A stretch of 64,000 nt of DNA, taken from contig OZ025695.1 of assembly GCA_964019335.1 (NCBI GenBank), positions 62,001-126,000 of the forward strand, read 5' to 3'. Shown piece by piece: positions 45,872-56,529 of the stretch (the stretch's first letter is position 1; every line of letters starts with the position of its first letter). A program made the position numbers and the translations under genes. The notes below the pieces were generated by a model. That model did not search any database and was not told the DNA's origin. It saw only the letters and a program-made list of their open reading frames with translations. The DNA is from Diplonema japonicum (Eukaryota > Protista > Euglenozoa: Diplonemea).

Positions 45872-46215
45872 TTTTTTTTTTCTTTTGGTCTATTCTTTTT
45901 CTCCTGTTTTTTTATTATGAAGCTGTAGTATTATAAGAAGATGGCAGGGGTGGTGGAAAGGAACAGGGTGGGATGAATGTACTTTTTTTTTTTTTTTTTT
46001 TTGCACCCTGATTTTCTTCTTGGTTTTGTAACACAAGTTGGGGGGGATAAAAAAAAAACGAAAAAATCGGAAAAGAAATGTTCTCCCCCTTTTCTTTTTT
46101 TTTTTTTTTCTTCTTCTTTTTCTTTTATATTCCACCACCCTTCCCCTCTTCCATCCTTTTAGTCTATTTTTTTCTTTCTTTTTTTTTTTTCTTTTTCTTT
46201 TTTTTTTCTTTCCCT

Positions 46216-46262
<47 letters not shown>

Positions 46263-46287
46263 ATAACCTCTAAAATAAAATAAAAAG

Positions 46288-47190
46288 CTACATAACCGAG
46301 CAGCATTGACAAGAATCTCCTTTTTCTTTTTTCGATTTTTTCGGAGCTTGGGGGATGGCACCGTTCCTGTCTGGGGTGGGTTCTACATCAGGGTGGGACG
46401 GCCGTTCCGTCTTTGTTTTCCTCTCCACTCCTTCTTGGAAGGGTTCACCCGCAGGTTTCACGTCATTCTCTTTAGGTGTCTCTGCGTCCCCTTCGTCTTC
46501 GAATTGTTTTTGTTTTTCACCATCCTGCGGTTTTTCTGGTTTACCTACGCCTGTTGCTGCAAGAGTGTTGGGATCAACGGGCGATAAAAGTGGTTTATCT
46601 GATATTTCTTTCGAAGGCGGGGCAGGTGTGGAGGGAGTGTCGTCTACACACACAGGTTTCTCCATTCGTGAAAGGATCGATTTTGCTATTTGTGTGAAGA
46701 GCTCGGTGATTCCTTCGTTTTTATCAGCGGACACCTCTGTGAAGTGGAAACCCCGTTCGGAGGCGAAGGTTTGTCCTTCTCCCTTTGAAACGGCGCGGTC
46801 TGGCAGCTCACACTTGTTGCCAACCACCACCATCACCATGCGAGAAAGATCAGTTTCGCTTGTTGCATTCAAATCGTCGAGCCATACAGCTAGGTTTTCA
46901 AATGAATCTCGTTCTGTAACGTCATAGACTAGTACACAGCACACTGCGTGTCTGTACACCTTTCCTGGATCGTGGTGTCGATACATCTTGGCACCCGCGG
47001 TGTCCCACAGCTGGAGCCGTACTACAGTGTCTGCGCCCACCCCTTCTTCTACAACTTTGGCTGCGAAATCGACTCCGATGGTAGGCTCCGTGTTTCCCGG
47101 GACGGTGCCCTTGACGAATTTCAGCATTATGTGTGTTTTCCCAACGCCGCTGTCTCCGAGGAGGAGCACTTTGAAGATGTATTCTTGCAT
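46288..47190 (-). CDS. Divergent Rab GTPase
   Basis: GDSGVGKT, PTIGVDF, WDTAG, GNKCE, EVSA; C-terminal CQCCSVM. Confidence 0.9.
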   Translation of the reverse strand: MQEYIFKVLLLGDSGVGKTHIMLKFVKGTVPGNTEPTIGVDFAAKVVEEGVGADTVVRLQLWDTAGAKMYRHHDPGKVYRHAVCCVLVYDVTERDSFENLAVWLDDLNATSETDLSRMVMVVVGNKCELPDRAVSKGEGQTFASERGFHFTEVSADKNEGITELFTQIAKSILSRMEKPVCVDDTPSTPAPPSKEISDKPLLSPVDPNTLAATGVGKPEKPQDGEKQKQFEDEGDAETPKENDVKPAGEPFQEGVERKTKTERPSHPDVEPTPDRNGAIPQAPKKSKKEKGDSCQCCSVM

Positions 47191-48260
47191 TTTTTTTTTT
47201 TTTTTTTTTAAATCTCCTGATAATTTATTGCCAGTGAAAGCGACTTTCAAAATTTTCAATTCATATGCCGCACGGACTCACCGTGCAGTACCCGATAGTG
47301 GGGGACACACAAAATCAGTATTGATATCAATATCAATATCAATGTCGATGTCAATTAAGCACATCATTTGTAACGCTTTAACAGTAGTTTTTTTTTTTTT
47401 TTTTTTTTTTTGTTTTTGTCGGGAAAGGGGGAAAAAAAAATGTGAAAGAAATAAAAATAAAAACCCAGAAAATAAAAATAAAATAAAAATAATAGGGAGG
47501 GAAAGAAAAAAAAAAATATTTGAGAAAATATAAAAAAAAGGAACGGGGGGGGACCAACAGAAATACCGTAAACAAAAAAACAAAAAAAAGAGAAACAGAG
47601 AAAGTAAAGCCCAGATAACCATTTGGTCTTATGATATATCTTTGTATGTATGACTTTAATTTTTTCCTTCTTTTTTTTTTTTTTTTTTTAGATGTTGTTC
47701 TTTTTTCTTCGGACTTTTCTTTCTTGATCCCCTCCCTTTTTTTGAAAGAAAAAAAAGAAAATCCACACGCTTGTATATTTAAAAATAGGAGCTCTTTTTT
47801 TTTTTCTTTTTTTGCCTCTATCTTTGTGTTATTTTAAGATTCTTTTCTCCCTTTTTCTTTCTTTTTTTTTTTGATTCTTCTCTTTTTCTCGTTCCACTTT
47901 CCTTTAATAAAGAAGAAGAGAGGTTATGCTTTTTTAATTCTTATTTTTCCTTTTTTTTTTTCTCTAATGAAGAAAAAAAAAATGAAGAAAAAAAAAAAAG
48001 AAATATCTTTTTTTTTCAAAATGAAACTTAAAAAAAAAAAACAGAACGCGGGGTAAGGGGGAAAAGGGATAAGAGAAAAATTATTTCGCACACGCCAATT
48101 ATTCCTTCTTTTTTTTTAATATTTTTTTTCCTTTTTTTTTTTTGCGAAGTTGTCTTGTACATAAAAAGGGGGAAGGGGAAAGGGAAAAGGGGAACATTGC
48201 AGGAGTATTCCTCCCACACACAAAAAAAAAAAAAAAATGAAAAATAAAAAAATAAGCTGT

Positions 48261-50177
48261 TTAGAGCTTGGCGGAACCCTTCAACTTACCAATAACAGTC
48301 TGAGGGGCGTACTTGTCGATGTAAGACTCCGAGTGCATCATGTTGAACTCCTCAGTGGCGTCCTTGCCAGCGTAGAGCATGATGGCCTCCTTGCCACCAG
48401 GGTGCTCAGCAAGGAAGGAGGTGACGTCAAGGACCCTCCCGTTCACTACCACCCAGCAGTCGCTGTCCTTGGTGTGGCTGGCCACGTCCTCAAGGGTGTA
48501 CTCCTTGGTGCTGCCACCTGCGGCAGGCTTGGCCTCCTTCTCACCATCGAAGTCGTACTGTGTGTCCCTGGGGATGGCCCCCTGGGGTGCCTCGACAGAG
48601 GGCGCAGCACAGGCCACACCGTCAGCAAAGCTCACAGTGACGCTCTTGGTGTTGGGGTCAACAATAAGGTTCACCGGCTTGCCAGCACCGCCAGCAGAGG
48701 CACCACCACCCTTCGTCAGCTTCTTCGTCAGGTGTGTCGAGGCAGAGGCACCGCTCACCCTCCCGTACACCACGCAGTCCAGCAGCGAGGACCCACCCAG
48801 ACGGTTCTTCCCGTGCACACCGCCGGCAACCTCACCACCAGCGAACACACCGGGCAGCACGGAGCCGTCCTCCTTCAGCACCTCAGCGTCGGCGTTCACC
48901 TTCAGCCCACCAAGCGTGTAGTGGATCACGGGGGTCACGATCCCCACGTAGAAAGTGTCGTCCGTCACGAGGGGCAGGTTCACGAAGAACTTCCTCCCGT
49001 ACTTGTCGTTGCCCTTCTCGGCGGCCTCGTTGAACTCGTTGAACGTCTGGCGGATGGTGTCGATGGAAACACCCATCTCCTGGGCGAGGGACTCGGCACC
49101 CTCGTACTTCTTCATGAGACCCCTGCCCTCGTAGTGGAGGCAGTGCCACTCGATGGACTTCGACGACTTGCCGTTGAGGACGAGCCTGTAGGGGCCGGTG
49201 TTGTGGGCCCACATGGCGCCGGTCACGAAATCCCTCTTCTGGAGCTCGTCGACGAACCTGTGGCCGTTCTTGTCAAGGAAGATACCACCGGCACCACGGA
49301 GGGCCTCGGCGGCAAGGAACTTGACCTTTGCGTCAGGCTCGTTGGGGTGGACCAGGGCAGTGGGGTGGATCTGGACCATGTCGAGGTCGACGGTGGCACC
49401 ACCGACGGCCTGGGCCATCTTGATACCGTCACCAGTGCAGTGCACACCGTTGGTGGTGGGCAGGTCCATGTACTCGGGGGTGAGCTGAGCGAGCAGACTG
49501 TTGGAGGTGAAGTCGGCACCGAACCCACCGGTGGTGAGCACAACGGGGCCCATGGCGGAGGCAGACTTGCCATCCTTCTCGTACTTGCACCCAATGACCT
49601 CACCGGCGGAGTCCTTGATGAGCTCGGTGGCCTTGGCCTTAGTCAGGATCCTGACCCTGTGGGGTTCCTTGGCCAAGATGTCCTCGAGCTTCTCGAGCAG
49701 GGCGTAGGTGATGGTCATACCAGGGAACTTCTGCTTACCCCTGTGGGTACGGGGGAAGGAGTGGCCTCCAAGACGGCCAACAAGGGACAGGTCCAGCCCG
49801 AAGCTCTCAATCAGCCACTCAATGGCAGGGGCAGAGTCGTACACAAGCCTCTTGTTGGTCTCCAGGTAGGGGTTCACGGCGGGGTCGAAAGAGTCCTTGC
49901 CCTCCATCTCAGCCTGCCTGGCGGCGGCCTCCTTGGGGGGGGCACCCTTGATGGCGGCGTCACAGGTGTCCTTCAAGAAAGCGTCCACAGTGTCGCCAAC
50001 GCCAAGGCGCTGCTGGGTCCGGGTAAGGGCACCGTTGATACCGCTGGTGGCCTTGGTCGAGTTACCACCGCAGAAGGAAAGCTTCTCCAGGAGGAGCACG
50101 TTACCACCCCTCTCAAGAACAGTGTGCGCCGCGCTGAGACCAGCGAGACCACCACCGACAACAATAACCTGTGCCAT
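48261..50177 (-). CDS. FAD-dependent fumarate reductase (Osm1/flavocytochrome c type) fused to C-terminal cytochrome b5
   Basis: GGGLAG, GGNSTKATSGING, GGHSFPRTH, QIHPT, AEALRG, HYTLGG, HGKNRLGGSSL; b5 motifs HPGG and MHS; ends in AKL. Confidence 0.93.
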   Translation of the reverse strand: MAQVIVVGGGLAGLSAAHTVLERGGNVLLLEKLSFCGGNSTKATSGINGALTRTQQRLGVGDTVDAFLKDTCDAAIKGAPPKEAAARQAEMEGKDSFDPAVNPYLETNKRLVYDSAPAIEWLIESFGLDLSLVGRLGGHSFPRTHRGKQKFPGMTITYALLEKLEDILAKEPHRVRILTKAKATELIKDSAGEVIGCKYEKDGKSASAMGPVVLTTGGFGADFTSNSLLAQLTPEYMDLPTTNGVHCTGDGIKMAQAVGGATVDLDMVQIHPTALVHPNEPDAKVKFLAAEALRGAGGIFLDKNGHRFVDELQKRDFVTGAMWAHNTGPYRLVLNGKSSKSIEWHCLHYEGRGLMKKYEGAESLAQEMGVSIDTIRQTFNEFNEAAEKGNDKYGRKFFVNLPLVTDDTFYVGIVTPVIHYTLGGLKVNADAEVLKEDGSVLPGVFAGGEVAGGVHGKNRLGGSSLLDCVVYGRVSGASASTHLTKKLTKGGGASAGGAGKPVNLIVDPNTKSVTVSFADGVACAAPSVEAPQGAIPRDTQYDFDGEKEAKPAAGGSTKEYTLEDVASHTKDSDCWVVVNGRVLDVTSFLAEHPGGKEAIMLYAGKDATEEFNMMHSESYIDKYAPQTVIGKLKGSAKL

Positions 50178-50224
50178 TTTTTTTTTTTTTTTTTTGTTGC
50201 TAAAGATCTGTGTATTTTAAAGAG

Positions 50225-52945
50225 TTAAAATTTAGCATTGGTTCCAAGAAAATATAAAGGAACAGGCTTTGACATCCAATGCTCGTAAGTGTGGGCCAAG
50301 CTGCCAGTAATGGTAGCACTGAAGGGCCGTCCTTGCAAGGTGCCAACGCTCTCAAGTTTTGATTCCAGCACTTCTGAGAGGGTATTAAGGGTTGAAGTGC
50401 GGCGTGGGGGCGGACGGTTATGTTGCTTCCCGCCAGGGGGCGATGGGGGAAAAGGGTGTGGAGGGGTGGCTCCTAGGTACAGTTGCAGCGCTGGTGAGGG
50501 ATATGCTTCGATACACGAACCACAGAGTTTCTTGTTGTGGAGCGTAGTCAAGGCTTCCACAGCCTTGGCCGGGTCGTCCCATGTGATGTAGACAGACTTG
50601 TGAGAAGCACCGGAGTTCCGGGGTGCATTCCGTATCTCCTTCGGCATGTTCCCCTCCATGAGCTTCCTGAACATCTCCTCAGACACCTTCACAGGCACGT
50701 TCGTGACAGTGATCGTGGAATACGGCTGGTTGTGTGACCGCACCACCCATTTCCCCCGATCTCCCTTTTCGAACCCTGGTCCTTCTCGAATCGGGTCCGC
50801 ATCCGCCGACCCCATGTTCGCAATGCGGTACGAATGCACCCCCGACCGCCTCGCAAAGCACTCCTTGCACATTGTCCATCGTTCGCACTCCTTCTGCGTG
50901 CACGTCCAACACACATCTCCTTGTGTTATTTCAGTCTTACAGCACATGCACGTTTGTACATCCTCCGTCCTTGCTACTTGCAAGCAATGTCCATTGTTGC
51001 ACGTTATGGGCGCGTTCTCATGCACGAGGTGCCTGTTGATTGACATGATCTCCTTGTTGTCTTCCTCTAGCCGCCGTAAGGTGGCCTGCAACCTCGCTTT
51101 GCTGTTGAATATCACCTCCAGCGAGCTTTTCAAATCAACAGAGGAAGCCCGTCCTAGTAGGGACCACACCACACAGAGCAAGAAGCCTGTCCGTGTGATG
51201 ACCTCTCCACAATCAGTGTCATGGGGGACACCGTCGGTAACGACGACTATCGACTTGCTAATTTGCTTCACGTGCGTCACGGAATCCTTTGTCACCATGT
51301 CCCGCGGTCGCTTCGCGGCAGCAAAGAGCGTTGTTTTTATAGGGAGGCCTCTCCCCAATCTTACTGGGGGCACTAAGTTGTACTCACGTGAAAAGTTTTC
51401 CCAGCCTTCCAACTCCATGAGACCGTCGCAACTGTTGGTTTCGAAGCACTTCAACAACCACTCGCACAGGTGGTGCGGCACTTCCAGGTCGTTGTACTCG
51501 TCGACGTATGTGAAGCTGAGGTCGGAGTCGGAGGAGAAGTATCTCCCGTCGTGCGACACTTCGATGCTGGACACCTGTATCCATTTAATGTGCACTGTGA
51601 TGTTGTTGGCCTTCAGGGTGACGTCGACAAAGAGATTCATCTGGGTAAGGTCCTCCAACAAAGGGATGGTGACGGTCACCCTGTTGTGCGACACGGCATC
51701 CGCCTTCACGACAGCACCGTCAAAGGCAACATAAATATACGGACGGTTGATCATGGTGGAGCGCCGCCCCTCAGACATGGAACTGAGAATTTCAATGCTG
51801 AGCTGCGTCGTGCGATGGGAACGGAGCCGGTTCACCTGTGAGACAACGGTGGATCTGCGGCCAGCTTGGTCCGGTCTCTTCTTGGGCGCTGTGAAGAATG
51901 CCACTCCGAAGAGATCAACTGTAAGTTGTTTATCGATGGGACCCGTGGTGGGGAAGATACGCACGGGTAGTGGACCGATACGCATCTTTGAGTTTTCGCA
52001 GAATTCAGAGTCTGGCAGCGTGCTGTCGAAGGTGAGTGTCATTTGATCTGCGAGCTTGCTGAACAACGCGACGACCTTACTTTGCGGTGTCACGTAAATA
52101 GTACCGTACTCTATTCGGCCGTATCCCTGGAGGGCGGTGAGGAGCAGACAGTCGATGAAGTCCTCTGGTTGTAGCTCTTCATCGCACTCCACTGCGCAGT
52201 AGACAGTGGCGGCATCGTTCTGATCGAGTAGCGTGGGGATCAGGTCGTAGTCAGTGCAGAGATCTACCCATGATCCCATGGTGACGCCGTCGCTGGCGTT
52301 TGGTGTGTACTTCTCGAAGAGGACCTTGACCTGCGGGAGGAACTCCTTGACAGCCATGTTGATGAGAATGTTGTGCCGGATATTCCACCCGTTGGTGAGG
52401 GGGTTAGTTGAGGCCTTGTCGATGTTCATCACTTGTGTGATGGTGCTGTTGATCTTGTGCAGATGCAGCACCCACAGAGAAGATATCTGTTTGATTTCAC
52501 ATAAATGCTCGTCGTTATTAGACATGTCAGACACACTAGGGTGCAACCGCCGTCCCAGCACAAACAAGGCCAGAATGAAGCCCGCGTAGCATAATGTGTT
52601 CGTCTCCGTTCTGGAGAGATTCCACACCATGTCCAGGAACAGATCTGAGACCTTGGCGTCTAGCCCCGTGATGAAGATCATGTACTTCCACTGATGCTGA
52701 TGCAGTTGCCTGGTCTCTACCATTTGCCCGTGGGAGCACAGAATCATAAAGCACCGTTTCACCCTCCCACTGAGCTGCGGGTCACGCATCAGGATCGCCT
52801 CCATGTCATAGTTCGAACAGGGGAGCAGACCACTGTTCGCACGGCTCTCCCTCACATGTTGCGACAGCTGTACCAGTGTGTTCAAAGCTTGAGAGTTTCG
52901 CTTTTCATTGTTACTTGTTTGCGAGAAGGCTCGGAAACCTTTCAT
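50225..52945 (-). CDS. Multidomain protein: EF-hand-like helices, IPT/TIG, Cys/His zinc finger, RRM
   Basis: IFPTTGP..VAFDG..IEVSHDGRYFS..FTY (IPT); CNNGH..CMCC..CWTC..C..CKEC; ITVTNVP..VYITWDDPAKAVEALTTLHNKKL (RRM). Confidence 0.75.
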   Translation of the reverse strand: MKGFRAFSQTSNNEKRNSQALNTLVQLSQHVRESRANSGLLPCSNYDMEAILMRDPQLSGRVKRCFMILCSHGQMVETRQLHQHQWKYMIFITGLDAKVSDLFLDMVWNLSRTETNTLCYAGFILALFVLGRRLHPSVSDMSNNDEHLCEIKQISSLWVLHLHKINSTITQVMNIDKASTNPLTNGWNIRHNILINMAVKEFLPQVKVLFEKYTPNASDGVTMGSWVDLCTDYDLIPTLLDQNDAATVYCAVECDEELQPEDFIDCLLLTALQGYGRIEYGTIYVTPQSKVVALFSKLADQMTLTFDSTLPDSEFCENSKMRIGPLPVRIFPTTGPIDKQLTVDLFGVAFFTAPKKRPDQAGRRSTVVSQVNRLRSHRTTQLSIEILSSMSEGRRSTMINRPYIYVAFDGAVVKADAVSHNRVTVTIPLLEDLTQMNLFVDVTLKANNITVHIKWIQVSSIEVSHDGRYFSSDSDLSFTYVDEYNDLEVPHHLCEWLLKCFETNSCDGLMELEGWENFSREYNLVPPVRLGRGLPIKTTLFAAAKRPRDMVTKDSVTHVKQISKSIVVVTDGVPHDTDCGEVITRTGFLLCVVWSLLGRASSVDLKSSLEVIFNSKARLQATLRRLEEDNKEIMSINRHLVHENAPITCNNGHCLQVARTEDVQTCMCCKTEITQGDVCWTCTQKECERWTMCKECFARRSGVHSYRIANMGSADADPIREGPGFEKGDRGKWVVRSHNQPYSTITVTNVPVKVSEEMFRKLMEGNMPKEIRNAPRNSGASHKSVYITWDDPAKAVEALTTLHNKKLCGSCIEAYPSPALQLYLGATPPHPFPPSPPGGKQHNRPPPRRTSTLNTLSEVLESKLESVGTLQGRPFSATITGSLAHTYEHWMSKPVPLYFLGTNAKF

Positions 52946-53180
52946 CACAATGGGTACATTATGTTGTTCTTAAGCCTTTTCATGAGATCGAAGAGGAATA
53001 TAAGGATAAGATACAAGATGCGGAAAAAGGAAGCTGCTTGGATAGCGAAGTAAGGGCAGCTCTCCCCCCGCAGGTCTTTTTAAAACCTTTGATAAAATGA
53101 ACCACTTTTTTTTTTCCTTTCATTTTTTTCCCCCCCTTCTCATTTCTTTTTTTTTTTTTTGAATTTTTGTAAAATTCTTC

Positions 53181-54130
53181 CTATTCAGTCTTTCCCGAAG
53201 TGTCTTGCTCTTTCGCCAGCTTCGCGATTTTCAACCTTTCTGATCGCTCCCTGTTCATTTCGTGGTTCAGCCGCTGCTTCTCTGCTTTTCTTATTCTTTT
53301 CTGTTCAATCTGTATATTTTTGTTTTTGTTGAACTACAAAAGTACGACAAAGTCGCACACACACACACACACCTGTTCATCCTGAAGTCTCCTCCGCTCT
53401 GTTTTGCTCAGTCTCGGCGGCAGTTCGACGTTGTTCTCTTCTCTGAATTTCCTGCTGGCAGTTTTCTTTTTTTCCCTCTTCTCCTTGTAGGACAGGTACT
53501 CCTTGCTGTCGTGGGCCTCATTGTTGTACGTAAAGTCACCATCCCCTCCAGCAGGGATCGTTGGGGGCGCAGTCTCGTCCGCAGGCATCCAGGGACGGGT
53601 TTTTTCCATCGTAATCAAGTGGCGTTTAAGACGAATTGTGACGCTTTGCTCAATGTCGCCGACGATCTGAAGGCAAGGGTTCTTGGGGAGCTCCGACTGG
53701 GTGTAGCTGGTGGTGGTGGGGTGCCAGTATACGAGGCGGCCTCCGACGGTCAACAACTATTTTTTTTTTCCCCCTCCCCTCATTTTTTTTTCCCCCTCCA
53801 AACCTTTGCCGCCTTATCAACCAGGTCCGTGAGCAGGTTCGGCATGGCATAGTCCACCTTAGGCGGCGGGATGTACCTCTTTGCAAGCCCTTCCAACCTC
53901 GCCTTTTTTTCCTCAGCACTAAGGCCACCCACGTATTTATCCAGTGTGTCCTGTCGCTCTTCGTCGATCTTCTTCCGACTCTCTCTGCGGCCGTAAGGCG
54001 GGTCAGAAATAATCGCCTCGAAAATCTCAACCTTTGATGGGTTCCAACAGGCTTGTGATACATCAAGTCGCAAGATCTCCATGGGCTGGAAGTTGTACTG
54101 CTTGCAGTTTGACTGGATCCCATTTTCTAT

Positions 54131-54168
<38 letters not shown>

Positions 54169-54927
54169 CCCAGCATTACCAGAGTTCCCCAACGCCCTTC
54201 CGTCTAGGTCAGAACCGAAGCAAATTGCACCGTGGTGTGCTGCACTGACCAATGTGGACCCTGTTCCGCAGAAAGGGTCCCAGACCATGGAACCCTTGGT
54301 CACGCAGGCCTGATTCGACATCATTGTGCAGAGCTCCGGGATCATGGTGGTCGTTCCTATCCATTTTCGGGATTTTAAGGAATAGGTCTCGAGGCTTTTA
54401 CGGTCGCCGATGCAGATTTCCCGCGCGAAGAACACACGTTGGAGGGAGTTGTTCATCTTCTTGTTTGTGGTGGGGAGACCTCTGTCTTCGATAATCCAGA
54501 AGGTTTCGTCCATGTTCTTCATGGCAACCTCACCGTCAAGGCCGACGTTGGCAAATCTGTTGAAGATTTCCACCTTTTCTTCGAAGGATATCTTGGCACC
54601 GAAGGCTTCAAAGACGAATTTGAACGAGCTGTTTTTATACATTTCTTTCGGGGTGTAAGCTTGCGTGCTTTTTACTACTTCGTCGTACGTGGCACCTTCG
54701 CCCCATCTCTCGAAGGCGGCTCTGAGCAACACCATTCGTGAGCATATTTTTCTGGCGACCTCAAGGTTCTCAAATTCCACATCAATTAAGCACCCCTCCC
54801 CACCACGGTCTCCCAGAACCTTGATTTTGCTTTTGAAAATTCTGGCTACAGATGTGAGCTCGTCGTATCTAAAGCCGATCATCTCGGGCTTGTAGGCATA
54901 CATCAGCATTAGCTCAACGCCCGGCAT
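53181..54927 (-). CDS. TRM11: tRNA (guanine-10-N2)-methyltransferase TRM11, 4 exons
   Basis: YSLKSRKWIGTTTM, DPFCGTGS, GSDLDGR, IISDPPYG and GGRLVYW motifs. Introns include 54127-54179. Confidence 0.92.
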
Positions 54928-55491
54928 TTTCTCTTTTTTTTTTTCCTTCCTTTCCCCTCCTCCCCCTCCAGCTCTGTTTTGATTTGAGCTTGCAAAAAAA
55001 AAAAAAAAAAAAAGGGAAGGATCAATAAAAAAACAAAAGCAGAAGGAACAATAGAAAAATAAACAAAGAAAAGCTTTACGAAAAGCTTTCATTATTAATA
55101 CCTATCCCTCTGCAGAAGCCACAAAATAAAATAAAATAAAAAAAGAGAGAGGAAGAAAAAAAAAAAAGAAAAAGCAACCGACGCCCTTCCGAGGTAAGCC
55201 AGAGGGCGTCGTTGGTCACTGTTTGGGGAGAGGAAGTATGTAATCTTTTTTTTTCAAAGTTGCTTTATTAATCATGTAGTAAAATATAGACATTTCTTTT
55301 TTCTTTTCTTTTTCTTTGGAAAAGAAATAAAAAAACACTATAGAAGCAGTTTTAGAAGAGCAAGAGCCATTAAACGCCGGCTCCCTTTTTTATTTAAGCT
55401 GTGCATTTACATCTTCTGGCTGCCAAGAAAGAAACGAGAGGAAGGAAGGAAGAAGAAAAATAGATAATGAAAAGACTCAACTCTTGATTCA

Positions 55492-56529
55492 TCACAAGCA
55501 GACACAGGGTCTTTGGGGCCCGGTGGTGCCAGCAGCAACCTTCCTGGGGCACCAGTCGCCGACGGGACCAGAGGAGGTGAAGACGGCGGTGTGCGGAGCG
55601 TTAGCAGAGAGGGGGATGGTGAGCTTCTCGCCAGGGGCGAAGGTCTTCTGGAACACGGTCATGGTCTGTGCCTGGTTGGAGCCTGAAGGGGAGAAGACAG
55701 GGGAGCACGAGGACCCCTGCCAGTCGTTGTTGGCAAGGTACATAGGGATCCCACCGTTCTGTCCCTTGGAGCAAGGGGGGCAGTGGTAGACCGCCACGAA
55801 GAAGTTGCAGGGGGCCTTCTTCTTCGAGCAGCACTCGAGCTTGATCTCGTCCCCAGCCGCGAGCCCCGGAAGGCTGTGCACCACTGCGTTCTCGAGAGCA
55901 GTGGGAGGGTTCGCAAGAGTCCTCTCTGCCGTCGTGAGCTTCCCGTTTGTGAAGGCCATGGGCGGCTGGGGCATCGCAACCCCTGACTTCACTGCCGTCA
56001 CAGCAGCACAGGTGGTGCAGCAGTCCGCCCTGTGGTGCAGCAGAACAGGGTCGATCTCAGGGTGCATCGCCCTGCAGTTGTTCAGCCCGCACACCAGCCC
56101 ATCCCCGCACTGGTCATCGTTGTCACAGTCCCCGATCCCGAACCCGCACCCGGGGTTCTTCATGCAGTAGTCCAGGTGGAACGGCTGCATCACCTCACAG
56201 CAGTCAGCAAGCTCCTCGTAGTTCGCTGCATCCATGGGGTGCATCGCCTTGCAGTTGTTGTGCCCGCACGCCAGCCCAGCCACACACTCGTCATCCGTGT
56301 CACAGTCCCCCTCTCCGTGTTTGCACGCAACGGTCTGGCACTTGTCCCAGCTCCACCCCCCAGTCCTCAGGGTCTGGCCCCCTCCCCCCATCGCCATCAG
56401 CTGCTGCGTCTCCGCGTTCGTGTCCTCGTCGTTCGTCTCCCCGGAGTTGTCCGTCCCCTTCGTGGGGTCTGCTGCATCCACTGCCGCCTGCATCGCAACC
56501 AACACAACCAGGGCAATCTGGAGCTTCAT
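55492..56529 (-). CDS. Secreted cysteine-rich protein, copy 1 (345 aa)
   Basis: Signal peptide MKLQIALVVLVAMQAAVDA; two GxGDCDxDDxCxxGLxCGxNNC repeats; C-terminal YHCPPCS..NGG..SCSP domain; high GC3. Confidence 0.9.
   Translation of the reverse strand: MKLQIALVVLVAMQAAVDAADPTKGTDNSGETNDEDTNAETQQLMAMGGGGQTLRTGGWSWDKCQTVACKHGEGDCDTDDECVAGLACGHNNCKAMHPMDAANYEELADCCEVMQPFHLDYCMKNPGCGFGIGDCDNDDQCGDGLVCGLNNCRAMHPEIDPVLLHHRADCCTTCAAVTAVKSGVAMPQPPMAFTNGKLTTAERTLANPPTALENAVVHSLPGLAAGDEIKLECCSKKKAPCNFFVAVYHCPPCSKGQNGGIPMYLANNDWQGSSCSPVFSPSGSNQAQTMTVFQKTFAPGEKLTIPLSANAPHTAVFTSSGPVGDWCPRKVAAGTTGPQRPCVCL

Noticed and set aside
47216-47370. GATATT repeats, a GCACGG/CCGTGC hairpin and C/D-like boxes upstream of the Rab
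   Set aside because: Box C is imperfect and there is no guide complementarity. Better explained as a microsatellite plus a possible 5'UTR intron (GTGAGT..TCAG).
48237-50228. 663-aa plus-strand ORF (and similar long antisense ORFs elsewhere)
   Set aside because: Antisense shadow of the GC3-rich fumarate reductase gene; no motifs of its own.
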